DNA of 64,000 nt, from positions 27,654,001-27,718,000 of the forward strand of contig NC_045696.1 in NCBI RefSeq assembly GCF_009834535.1. The letters are read 5' to 3'. A program made the position numbers and the translations under genes. Positions 13,790 through 25,001 of this stretch are shown here, in pieces (within the stretch, counting starts at the first letter, position 1; each line of letters starts with the position of its first letter). This stretch comes from Camelus ferus. Taxonomy: Eukaryota. Under the pieces are notes generated by a model, which had not been told where the DNA came from, made no database searches, and saw only the letters and a program-made list of their open reading frames with translations.

Positions 13790-14075
13790 ACAAATAGAAG
13801 AGCAGAAGTTACTCCTGTGCAGAAGCTTTCAAAGCCAGTTCATGATTGTTCTTGCTGCTATAATCATGGATGCCTGCGTCAAGATGGCATATCTATCAGC
13901 CTCTGGGATCTGAATGACTATGTTGAACAGAGTCCCCTACAAGTATGTAAAGCCTGAGTAAGACATACATTTTTGTTTCATTTCCTTGGCACACTTATTT
14001 TGTGTTGCCATGGAAATTTAGTTTTTGCTTGTGACCACAGCATAACCTACTAGAGTACGCACCCTTAACTATAGT
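13790..14075 (+). mobile_element. MLT1-type (ERVL-MaLR) LTR fragment
   Basis: gactatgttgaacagagtcccc and ttgtgaccacagcataaccta 3'-end motifs. Confidence 0.65.
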
Positions 14076-15539
14076 ATCAACCATTAGCTGATTCAATAGT
14101 TTCTTACAGCAATGTAAGATAATAGAATAATATTTTTATAGCAAAAGCTTGTGTACTGATTACATCGCCCTCTAAATATTAACTTTTTTTGAGAAACTGA
14201 AGTTGAACTGAAGTCAATGAAATGTGAAAAAAAAATTCTACAGGAATGAATGTAAGGAGAAAAAAATGATCACTGCCTAAAATTCTCTCCAAAAATTAGA
14301 GATTAGGAAAGTTTAGCCAATTATCTTTTAAGTTTCAAAAAATTTAGTGGACTGCCAAATATTATTTCTTTTTTATGAATTGGAAAAGCTGAAACAAAAA
14401 AGCCTGGCTCAGGGGGATGATTTGCATAGAACGTTAAGCAGGGATCTAAAGCCGTGCAGTAATGAGACTCTGTCCATGACTGTGTGCTGACAGTTCCTGG
14501 CTGGAAGTTGAGTGTCATGCTGTTGGCGTCCATGGCTTGGAAGGTTTTAAGCCTGGATATGTCTTACCAGGTTAGTGGGGAGTCATATCTAAAGCCATGC
14601 CTCTGTAGTCACATTGGAGAATAGTTAAATTAAAAAGTTAATTATTTTGCATAAATTGCTAGGTAGACGAAGATTCTTACTGAACTATTGAGATACTTAG
14701 GGAGTCCACTTTACTGTAGCTACTACAATAATTGTTTATTTCTTAAAAAATTCTTAAACTTCTTTAAAAACTCTGAATCTGAATCCCTCATATGTATAGG
14801 TGTTCTGTCTTAAGGATGTCATTCACACCTAAAGAGTGCCTAAATTTCTGGGTGTGTTTATTTATCTACACATCTCTAAAATTTGTTGCTTTGGGATATA
14901 TTTTAAAAATTGAAAGCATCCTTTCAAAAATTCAAGTAAAAACTATTCATGAAAAGTATTTTCTCCACTGGAACTTCTAACTGAAGAAAATGAAATTAAA
15001 TAAAATTTTCCTATTAAAATCAAGGATTTGCCATTTTATAGGAAGCTTAGACCTTTGCTCTTTCCTCCTGTGTAACAGAAACTCAAAATATTTAGCTGTA
15101 ACATTTTTCAGACTGAAAACATTATCAAATATTAAGTAAAACAGTCAATACTTTAGTTAACACCTTTTTGGAATGACTTAAATTTCCAAGGTTTTCATGA
15201 AAAACTCTAGACTTAGAATTAGGACAACACAAAATTTGTTTAAAATTTTCTAAATAATTGAAATAAAACTACCTTAAAATCTTTCATAGAATCCCACTGC
15301 CATTAGAGTTTAGCTTACTTTTTAATGTTCAAATTCTCATGAAGACTCCATGTCTCATATGTCTGTCCCTTAAACTTCAGGAAGGCATGCCTGCTCCCTA
15401 TTGTCAATTACTATAAAAGTAATTTTTTTCTCTTTCTCTTAATTCAAAAAGAAAGACTTTTGGAGTATTAGACATACGTGTAACCCATTACCCCAATCTT
15501 CTGTCTCATCTGCTTCCTTTTCATATTTTCAGAGAATTA

Positions 15540-15617
15540 GCAGAATTGCCTAATAATTGGCAGAATTTCGGAGAGTTGGCAGAATTTTGGAGAGTTGGCA
15601 GCATTGCCTAATAATTG
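15540..15617. repeat. Short compound minisatellite (20/19/19/20 bp, A-B-B-A)
   Basis: gcagaattgcctaataattg, gcagaatttcggagagttg, gcagaattttggagagttg, gcagcattgcctaataattg. Confidence 0.85.
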
Positions 15618-16549
15618 AGGTTGCTCAAAACAAACCACAGCTTCACAGATGTGGGAAAAATTGTGTCTCTTTCCCTTAAGTATTGAAAGACTAACCCTAT
15701 TGGTTAAATGGATATGATGCTATAATTTTATTTCCAATATGGGTCAATAGTAAGTAGAGATTGTTTAATTTATCATTTTAGTAAATGTTTATTAATTCCC
15801 CTATTGTGCAAATTTTTGAATGCACAAGTTGCAAACAGCAAATTAATGAGGAGGCCACCAAATATCACAATCCAAAGAAGAGTCATGTGTGGTATTGATC
15901 TTAATAGAATTTAAAACTTAAATCCCCCATGGCCCTCGTACAATGCTCTCTCCAGAGCCGGCACTTCAATATGTGAATTTTGTTGAAGTGTGCATGAATA
16001 AAAGATCATCCAAATATTTCATACAGAAAAGAACAGGTATTTTGTATGAACTTGTAAATTAGTATTTTATTTTCTAGAGCCAAATATAAAGTACTTAAAA
16101 ATATATGTAACCACTAAAATGTAGTATTAATATGTCCTGCAACTTATTTTCTTACATTTTCTCATTTCCTGGCAACTTTGTGGTGTATTTTTAGTTTAAA
16201 AAAATGCACTGAAACTGGATTTGAGAGGCATGGTTCTAGTTAAGTCATCACTACTAAATATCTATACTATCTTGGTTAAATCATAATAACTTCAAGGGTC
16301 TCAGTTTTCTCACCTTTAACTGATGAACTTTGGGCAGATTTTTAATGCTTTAACCATATATTGGAAGATTCATAAGTTTAGTAGAAAATGTAGTTGATTA
16401 GAGTCAGTAAAATTAGCTTGATATCTTGACTTATGGAAGCTCTTTAGATATCAGAGAATTAATTAAAAAAAGCTCTCAGAAATGTAGTACATAATAAACA
16501 AGTGAAGATTTGCTAAAAGCATTGATGAACAACTGATACCAAGGATGCT

Positions 16550-17470
16550 TCCCAGAAAGTGGAAAAGAAAACAACAAAGAATTAGAAATTAGAAAAGAAA
16601 AGAGACAATTAACTAGTTTAAGAGGTCTGGTAGCAATTCCAAAAGACAGTAGGGAATACAGAGATGGGGCATTATCAAAGAATAATTTAATAAAATTTTC
16701 CATACCTGAAATAAATGATTCTCCAATTTGAAAGGACCCAACCAGTACTCAGCATAATCAAGGTAAACAAGTAAGTAAACAAACATGGACACGCCACCAC
16801 AAGGTACATTATAGCAAAACTCCTTGTTTCTGATATTTTTTAAAGTTTTATTATGATATGCTTCCTGGAGACTAGGCTTCTGTTAAAAGGAGGATAAACC
16901 AAGAAAGAAAATATCTAGGCAATAGGAGAACCAACATAAAAGACTGATAAAGGAAAGTCCCAGTCTAGAGAGAAACCATTCAATTTGGGAAAAAAAACTT
17001 GGAAGGTTTTATGAGGGAGATGTCTGGAAAAGCCTTAGATAAATGGAATATTGGATATCATTAAGCGTTTAGGAAGTTTAAAAATGCAATTATTAACTCC
17101 AGAAAATGAACAATCTTGTACAAAGAGGGCAATGTAATCATAGTATTCTACGTGGCTCTGCAGTAGACTTACACAAGGACAATTTGCTTAATATTACCAA
17201 TATAAATCTTGACTGTTAATTTAACAAAGAATGTGGTAGTGAGAGAGTAGGAACAAAAAAAGACTCACTAGATAATGTCTAACACTGACAAATTAAGAAG
17301 TATTTGTGGATGCAATCTACTTTAAAATAGAAAGGAAATTATCAGAAGAAACATCTAAAAGAGTGAGAAATGAGGTTGTTTAAAGGAAGTGGGTTCAAGA
17401 ATGGAGTAGGACCTGCTTATTTTCCTTAATGCTTTTGTTTTACTTGATTTAAAAAAATGTGCATTTAGTT
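16550..17470 (+). mobile_element. Highly diverged HAL1/L1ME ORF1-like fragment
   Basis: A-rich sequence with ORF1-like motifs (attccaaaagacag..., aaaattttccatacctgaa, ttgaaaggaccca, aaggtacattatagcaaaa). Confidence 0.5.
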
Positions 17471-17709
17471 CTTGTGCTAATGACTCTAGGATGAGAATTA
17501 GTGGAAACTTAAAATAATGTTTACTAGAACTGTGCTGCTGTATAGAAGGAACGTGGCTAATCTATTTAATTTCTATCTATATGCTCAAATATAGCCTATA
17601 GCTACAACCTCAACAACCTCTTACAACCTCTGTGGTGTTGGAAAACGTGTAATTAATTTTGGACTATTTCTCTTCTGGACAATTGAAGCAGACATCAGAC
17701 ACTGTCGCT

Positions 17710-17820
17710 ATTAATAACAGCACTTTCCTGAGAGGGTTGTTATGAGGATTAAATGAGTTACTGCATATAAAGTGCTTAGAAAACTTCGTTGTGTACATGA
17801 AATGATAATAAATACCAGTT
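17710..17820 (+). mobile_element. MIR SINE 3' part
   Basis: gagggttgttatgaggattaaatgagtta...taaagtgcttagaa. Confidence 0.8.
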
Positions 17821-19794
17821 ATTAGAATCAATACATACAATTAAAAAAATATACATGCCATACTTAAGTGTCTGTTTGATTTTAATCTTGAAGCTATACC
17901 ATTAAGAATGCAGAGCGACAGAAGAATCAATTCACCATCAATAATAGTTACTCGTTGAGATTCCAAAATGTGAGGCAAATCTAGTTTGGGGGATGTTATT
18001 TGTGTGTATATGGGAAAACATACTAATTTGCCCAGGATGTGCTTTTTTTAAATAAGAGAGCATATACTTTGTTTCCTACTACAGAATTATAACCAAACTA
18101 TACTTGGAAGTAATGTTGGTTTGTAGAAGACTCCATTACCCCCATTTGAAATTACTCTGGGATTTCTGACATTCTGTGGCTAGATTTTTACTGAAACTGA
18201 CATTGACATAGCTCTGATAATTATTTAGTTTCAAGATTTTCAAATTTGCGTTTGGCTTTTCTTCCAATATGCTACTGTAAATATAGGAAGCTAGTCCTTA
18301 AAATGGATCTATGGTGATGGGGCACTTTATCTTATTTTCAGTAAGCAGGAATAAGAGTAGAAATGGGGAATAAGCATATATTCTAGACAGTATGAGTCAA
18401 ATTTACAGACTTTTTGTACTCATAAACTTTGTGTCATTCACTAAAGCTGTACATAGCTTATGTATACATTTCAGACATTTAAATATTAGGCATATTACTT
18501 AATTTTTTTCATATTTGTAAAACACCATATGTACTTCCAGAAGTCAGTAAACAATGTACACTATTTAGAAGCTCCTTTAAGAAAATCATTGATTATTACA
18601 TATACAACCTCTTTAAGATGTGTGTCTGACCCCACAAAGTGCTGATTTGAAACCCCATCTTACTTGTTCTTGTAACAAAAGCTATACACGTTGAAGTGTT
18701 AAAAGTCCCCAATATTTATGACATGCTTGGCTAAACAGAAAGTAGGCTACTTCTCTATAAATAAAGTTGATTTCTACGTTAGTAACGCACTACCATGCTA
18801 CCTTAGAAATTGTTCTGTAATCATTGATTAGTAGAAGAGAAACAAACGTTTTCAAACCTTACATGAATTTATAGTATTTTATCTGGAGATGTTAAGGAGA
18901 AAAGAAATCAATTTACATTTCTTCCCTAAACTCTGTGAAACTGTATTTTCCTGGGCTTCTCAATTAAATCCCTTATATAATTTAGATAAGTGTAGTACAT
19001 GGATTAAGTGGTAAATACTATTACAAGATATAATCATTTGTTGACTAGATTGATAATAAAAAAAAATAAATTCATGTGTAGGATATGAGGTCTGTGGATT
19101 CTAGTTTGATGGGTCAATTTGATAGTAGTGGTCCCAAATGGTTTGAGTAACAGAGCAGATGTTGTGGTGACAAATTAGCTTGCAGTGGAAATTGTACTCT
19201 TTGTAGTGGTAGAAAAAGGGAGAACTGGGGTGTGTGAATGGGCATGTTAGTGAACTGGTGATCTTCCTTGGAACTGTTTCATGTTCCCCAAAATATGTTT
19301 TCCAGAATTGTATGGCTTCTTCTGGGAAGCTTTTCTTCTTTAAATATATGCATGTTAGGGGGAAGAAAAAAGTCTTACATGTCAGCTCAATGACTTGAAG
19401 CAACATGAACTAAAAAAATAAACATCCAGTATACCAGTACATACAATTTGCACAGTCATTTTGAGATACTGTGCAAAAAGATACAGGTGTCACAAACAAT
19501 ACCAGATACATTTACTTGTTAACTTTCACAGGAAATGTAGCTTGCAGCTAACTCATCTCAATGACTTATTTGACAACTGTTTTGTATATTCTCCAAGCGG
19601 CTTAATATTTATATTTTATCTCTAACAGTAATTTTGCTGCCATATCCAGAGTTACTAAACTCTAGACAATTTATGATAAATACGTAAAAATGTTGCTGAG
19701 CACACAGGCCATCTCGCTTCCCTCTGAACTGAATTACCTTTTGTGTAAAATATCCTATCAGCTCAATTATTGATGGTTATAGTAAAGAGAATTC

Positions 19795-19848
19795 ACACAC
19801 ACTCAGACACACACACACACACACCACACACCTGCACACACAAACACA
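19795..19848. repeat. Interrupted (CA)n microsatellite
   Basis: Read directly. Confidence 0.85.
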
Positions 19849-21941
19849 AATTTGTCAGTGGTTTCATTTAATGCTTTGTGTGACTACGCCAATTTCAGAG
19901 CCAACTGACCGCTTTATAATGGCTATCAAGCGGACAAAAACCACTTTTTTCTATTTAATTTTTATCACTTCCAGCGAAGGCTTTAATCAGCAAAGAAATG
20001 GTCAATATGTAAGTGAAAGAGACACAAATAGCATGTTTTATTCATATAGTAAAGAGGTTCTTGAATAATTGAGAATTTACTGAAATAAAATACACATAAT
20101 AAACTTCCTTCAGTACAAAAGTGTTATACCGTCTCAGGAGGGAGATTATTGAGAATACTGTTTTTCTAGTCATTTTGCCTTACATGTGCTTCTTTAACTA
20201 GTTCCCTTGCAGAATACAAAGAAATTTCGTAAGTTTACTATCTCTTTGTATTAATTCATCTAATGATATGTTTAATACCAGAAATCTGACTACTGATTGA
20301 CTCGATGGAGAAAAATAAATAGGAACAAAGAATTAAAAAATGTTACGTTTAGTCTTAAATGAATTATTATTTAGGTTTTCCTAATTCAACACTCCAACAT
20401 GATTTATGCATTGGTAATGTATAATTTTCAGGAAATCCATAAGAGACAAAGAGCAAACCCTGTTAGTGTATCTGAACAATGCAGTTGTTTAGACTGGGTG
20501 AGCACAAGGGAATTGAACTAAGATGCACTGGCAAATGAGGATACCCATGAGAAAGAACACTACCTCGGACCCCTCTATTCATAAATATGAACCTCCTCTG
20601 GTATTAAGAAATGACATTTACAACTCTTGTTCCGGCTAAGTTTCTGGAAAAGTATCATTCCAACTCCCTCACCATCTCAACACCAATGGACTTTGATTTG
20701 CTGGTCCTTCAATCTCAGTTCTTACGTTGAAAAATAGGAGAAAAATAAGAATGCATTATCTACGACTAAATAAATATAAGTATTAAAGTTGCTCATAAAG
20801 GTGCTATTAATTTGTATACTTATTCCAAGTGTTTAAAACCTGAATTTTGTAGATGAGGTACAATACTGAAGAATATTATTGCTATGAAGACAGTAAGAAA
20901 GCTTCTAAAGTACCAGCTTATCATAATCTGATGCTAAGATGGGCTATCTGTTGGGTTATTCTCTTTTTAACACAACCATCTGTAACATTGTAATGATACA
21001 GGAGAGTTCTCTATTACCTCTAACTCCAGCTATTTCAACACACACACACACACACAAAACCTAGCCACAGCCCACAACCTGGCAAAATCTATAAACTGTG
21101 CTAACAAGAACTGATGAAAAGAACGCAATAAATAGCTGCTATGACAACAAGACCATTGTCACATCATTATCTGATTCAGTGGTTAAAGGTGTATTTTATT
21201 CTTTGCTTATATCTAAAGTTTTAGTCAAATTGTCTCAATGTGTAACTTGTGCAATTATATTTATAACTATGCTTACAAATTCTGCATGGAACACTTACAT
21301 ATTTCCAGGTTAATCATCTTTAGACATTTGTCATATGAATTATTCCCAATACTTTCAATTATTTAAATTGTTACCTTCATGCTGATGTATACATGCAACT
21401 ATTTAAGAAGTGGTTCATAGATCAGGAACAGTAAGTCATGCAATCCTGAGATATAAGTTGGTAATTATGATTTATAACCCTGTTGTTAAGAGTTTGCTTT
21501 CTGTTTGTAAGATTGCAGGCATAACAACAAAAAAACAAAAGTACAAATAATTTTGAACCCTAATTACTTGAAGGTAGCCTTTTATTTCTCTTGCTAGCAA
21601 TTTAGTTAAAGTATTAAATCTCTAAGAAAATATGATCCTTCTAAACATATTAGCAATATCAAAATTTCAGGCTGATAAGCATCTCATATTAAAACTAGAC
21701 AGCAGGGATGCATGCAATTTTCATGTTAAATTTCTCTTCTCCAAAGTGTTTACTTTAGCAATATGACCTCCCAGCTGAAGAATGAAGAAAGTCTGGAAAA
21801 TGAGGATAAGAAGTTGTTGGGGTTGTTAGCGGGAAGCAGGGATGACTAGAAAGATCATTTTACACAGGTGGTTGATGACTGATGGAGGTGGAGGTATTTT
21901 GGAAAAATGGACAGATAGTATTTGGGAAAGAAACACTCTAC

Positions 21942-22025
21942 CTGTGTAGCCCAGCGAATTGTCATCGTTATCAGAGGTGGGGATTGGCGTCCCGTTGTCC
22001 TTTCCCCTCTCTAGGTCTTCAGGGT
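21942..22025 (-). CDS. ROBO1: ROBO1 internal coding exon (84 nt, phase 1-1; equivalent to exon 3 of the long isoform a)
   Basis: Translation (D)[27 protein letters not shown](G) matches recalled human ROBO1a ...[40 protein letters not shown]. Canonical acceptor (TTTCCGACAG|AC, AG at 22027-22026) and donor (ACAG|GTAGAG, GT at 21941-21940). Length is 2+27x3+1=84 nt. Confidence 0.96.
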
Positions 22026-22209
22026 CTGTCGGAAACAACACCAGAGCTGCTGATGGGGTCACAGTAGTAACAGTAGTTGCCATTTCGATCACAGCATGTC
22101 CAGACACAAGTAAATCCACATGTGACAGAAAAACACACAGGGACAACACACAGCACACGTCCTCCTCGCCCCTCCTGCGGTACACTAAGCCGTGCGAAGG
22201 TCTCAGCAT
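21942..22209 (-). CDS. ROBO1: Putative alternative first coding exon of ROBO1 (61-codon in-frame 5' extension plus the known exon)
   Basis: Stop-free and in frame from ATG 22209 (context GCCAGGATGC, in-frame TAA 9 nt upstream) through the acceptor to the donor. N-terminus resembles a signal peptide. This is inference only. Confidence 0.45.
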
Positions 22210-22520
22210 CCTGGCTTACAGTTTTTACTTCTGCTCCTTAATTTCCCTAATTCTCTGCTCTGCCTGCACCTTTGCTGCACTTCAAAGCTGGCGAAGGGAC
22301 TCTGACTGCCCTCTGTGAGGCGGCCAGCGCGGACTGAAGGAGCATATGGAGGAGGGAGAGGGCAGGGTGGCTGAATGCTAGCATTGCTAATTTTCTACCT
22401 TATTGTTAATCAAAGCTATTGACTGTGATCACTCCCCATCATCGCTTCATCTCCTGCCAATTATAGACTCAAGGGATTGTACCTCATATGGGTGGAGGGG
22501 AGGGTGTGGGGAAAAAGAGG
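22210..22520 (-). promoter_or_regulatory. Candidate intragenic promoter / 5'UTR
   Basis: Local GC/CpG enrichment, an Inr-consensus TCAGTCC (A at 22335), a KLF/SP CACCC box CCACACCC (22502-22509) and G-run clusters. No recognisable repeat. Confidence 0.4.
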
Positions 22521-23384
22521 ATCTTGTCAAAGAAGAGGGTGGATGATAAAAATGTCATACTTTTTTCCTGAGCAACAGCAAAGAAAGCGGTGCAACATCC
22601 CATCTTTCAAAAGGCAATAATTTGTCATCTTAAAGGATGGAGATAAATTTACTGGAAAGAATGCTTATGTAAAATGAGACTTAACTTTGCACATGTGGGT
22701 TTGAATATTTTAAAACATTCCAAACTGTTTGAGGCTCTGTATTACCATCATGCAGATAAGTATTTTCATTCATTCATTCTTCTTTTCCTTAACTAAAATT
22801 TTTATGTTTTTCCAATTTTACAGTAATTTCCCCAGGTAGAATTTGAGAGATGCAGCTAAGCACGACGGCACTTAAGTTCCAATACCCAGAAGCTACGTCA
22901 CAGTATCAATATACATAGAAGCCCAGGGACGCCAGTCATTTCACTGGCTGTGTCCTATCTCTGTGTGCTAGATGCAGAGTCTCCAGCTCCACAGCTGATA
23001 AGCAGATACAGACACATAAAAGCTAAGTGTGTACCTCCGAAATCGAATACTGGAGAGTCATAGGTCATTCAAGTTGTGTTCTGCAGGCTTTTTATCACCT
23101 TAAACGCCGTCGACAGAGGATTTCCCAGTTCAAGCAGTGAAGAAGCACAGCTGTTTACTCGAGGAAGAAAGTGTGTCACTTAAGAATGAGGCAGCGAGTA
23201 CACGCAGGTAATGCCTCTCTCGAAACATCACAGGGTCATTAATTTTGTGTTCCTCGGAGTCCTTTTAGCTAGGTTGGCACATTTTGTCTTAGATACTGCA
23301 ATTCAGGGATGATGTAGAAAATGTTCAAAGAGGATAAAAAGTCCAACATAAGTCTGTTTTGCAGCTTTTTGCACGGAGTTATTT

Positions 23385-23535
23385 TTTAAAAATTTCACTT
23401 TTTACTGAAGTGTAATTGATTTACAATGTTAGTTTCAGGTGTACAGCAGAGGAATTCAGTTATACATATACATACACATATGTTTTTTTCTTTTCATATT
23501 CTTTTCCATCATATGTTATTACAAGAAACTGAATC
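23385..23535 (-). mobile_element. Short L1 3' end (artiodactyl type)
   Basis: tgaagtgtaattgatttacaatgttagtttcaggtgtacagca...ttcttttccatcatatgttattacaaga. Confidence 0.8.
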
Positions 23536-23858
23536 TGTAACCACTGCACACCCCTGTCTTCTCTCCTCTCCAATCCATGTGTCATATAATTAACCTGGTG
23601 TGGCTAAAATGAAGAGAAAAGAGCCTCAGATCTCTGCAGACTAAAGGGAGAAAAAAGGGCTCATTATCGCTCTATTCATTCTTGCCTTTGCAGCAATGGC
23701 TGTTGTCCTGTTTGTCCTTAAAATCGACTCTGGAAGTCGTAGGAGCAGGGAACCAGTCCACTAGCTACCCCTCCAGCCTGTTAACTTATTTGTATGCACA
23801 CATTGTTTAGGTCAGAGATTTAAGTCACATCAGTAGGAGAGAATGGGAAATGGGCTTT

Positions 23859-23881
23859 TGTGTGTGTGTGTGTGTGTGTGT
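23859..23881. repeat. (TG)n microsatellite
   Basis: Read directly. Confidence 0.9.
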
Positions 23882-25001
23882 TTGAAGCAGTGTAAGCACA
23901 ATATTCCACCACAAACTAAGTATCCTTACTCAGGCAGACTAACCAAGTAAACGAGGTTGCTGTAGAAAGAGAAACAGAAGGTGCTAGTTCAAATGTATTA
24001 AAAAGGCTTTTCAGGGACCATCCCTGCTTGCAGTCTTGTTTTAAAAGATACAACGTGTTTAGGGTCAACCTTAAATTTACAGACCACTTATTTTTAGTCA
24101 CAAATGCCCCTTTCAAAGGAAAAACAACTTTTAATTTGTGATGGGATAGCTTATTTGATGTGAATACACGCAAATCTCATCACTCTGTTAAAAATACAGT
24201 AAAAATTCATCCAAATCCAGGACATGAGCTGAATCAGTTTGTCTGTACAGAATCCTAAGACTCTGGGGATAAGGCCTGTGTACCCTTTGTTATTAAACCT
24301 TCCCTGAGAATGAGGACATTATTACAAAAACAACGGAGACGAGGAAAGGAAGTTCACTATCATTTGAAGTAGAGATACCTAAATCTGTTTAAAGTAGGTT
24401 TTTCACCTACATCTAACTTATCCCGAAGTGATTTCTAAATTTGCTCTCCTGTTCCCACTCATCACGCCCTGAGCCTTTCTTAGGCTCAGGAAAAAACAGA
24501 CTCGGCACCACTAATCAAGGAGCCTTACCCTACCTGTCACAGCGCGTCCTGTCTACCCAGTGCTGCCTTTAGTTCCTGATATGCTAGACCTAAAGGAAAC
24601 AAATGATGCTGTTTTTACTAACTTCACCCACGTGTTTCTTCCCCCTCCTTCCTGTCAAAAGATTATTATAACAGGAAATAACCACTTGACTTACGGCATG
24701 TGAGCTGTAGGGCTAATTCAAAGGGAGTCCAAGAGATACCTGTTTAAAGTTTTTGTTAGATAGTGTTGATTATGCAGAATCTGTGGAATAGAACATAAAG
24801 AGGCAAGAGACTGCTCAGTGCTGACAATGTCTGAAGGAGGTCTTGCGCCCCTCATCTGTATTTGGGGCCGTCTGGGCCTGAACTGAAGTAGGTGTGGCTG
24901 CAACTGATGAACGCCCCCCTCGGGGCACTCGGGGTGCTGTCACCCCACAAGACTGAATTTCCCGGGGATCTGGGAATCTGTCTGCCTCACATTTCTGCAC
25001 C

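Larger units (their letters stand above)
1..21941 (-). other. ROBO1: ROBO1 intron downstream of the 84-nt exon (continues beyond window)
   Basis: Begins with donor GTAGAG at 21941. Neither the ROBO1b first exon (MIAEPAHF...) nor the SRLRQEDF exon was recognised. Confidence 0.85.

Noticed and set aside
15540..15617. Short repeats with varying interiors, superficially CRISPR-like
   Set aside because: The units are contiguous tandem duplicates without unique spacers, the context is mammalian, and there are no cas genes.
21826..21941. 3' continuation of the ROBO1-containing ORF ([19 protein letters not shown]...)
   Set aside because: It lies past the canonical GT donor, and similarity to ROBO1 stops exactly at the donor, so it is intronic read-through.
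21959..22318. 119-aa + strand ORF overlapping the exon
   Set aside because: Antisense shadow of a GC-rich exon region with a TTG start and no recognisable homology.
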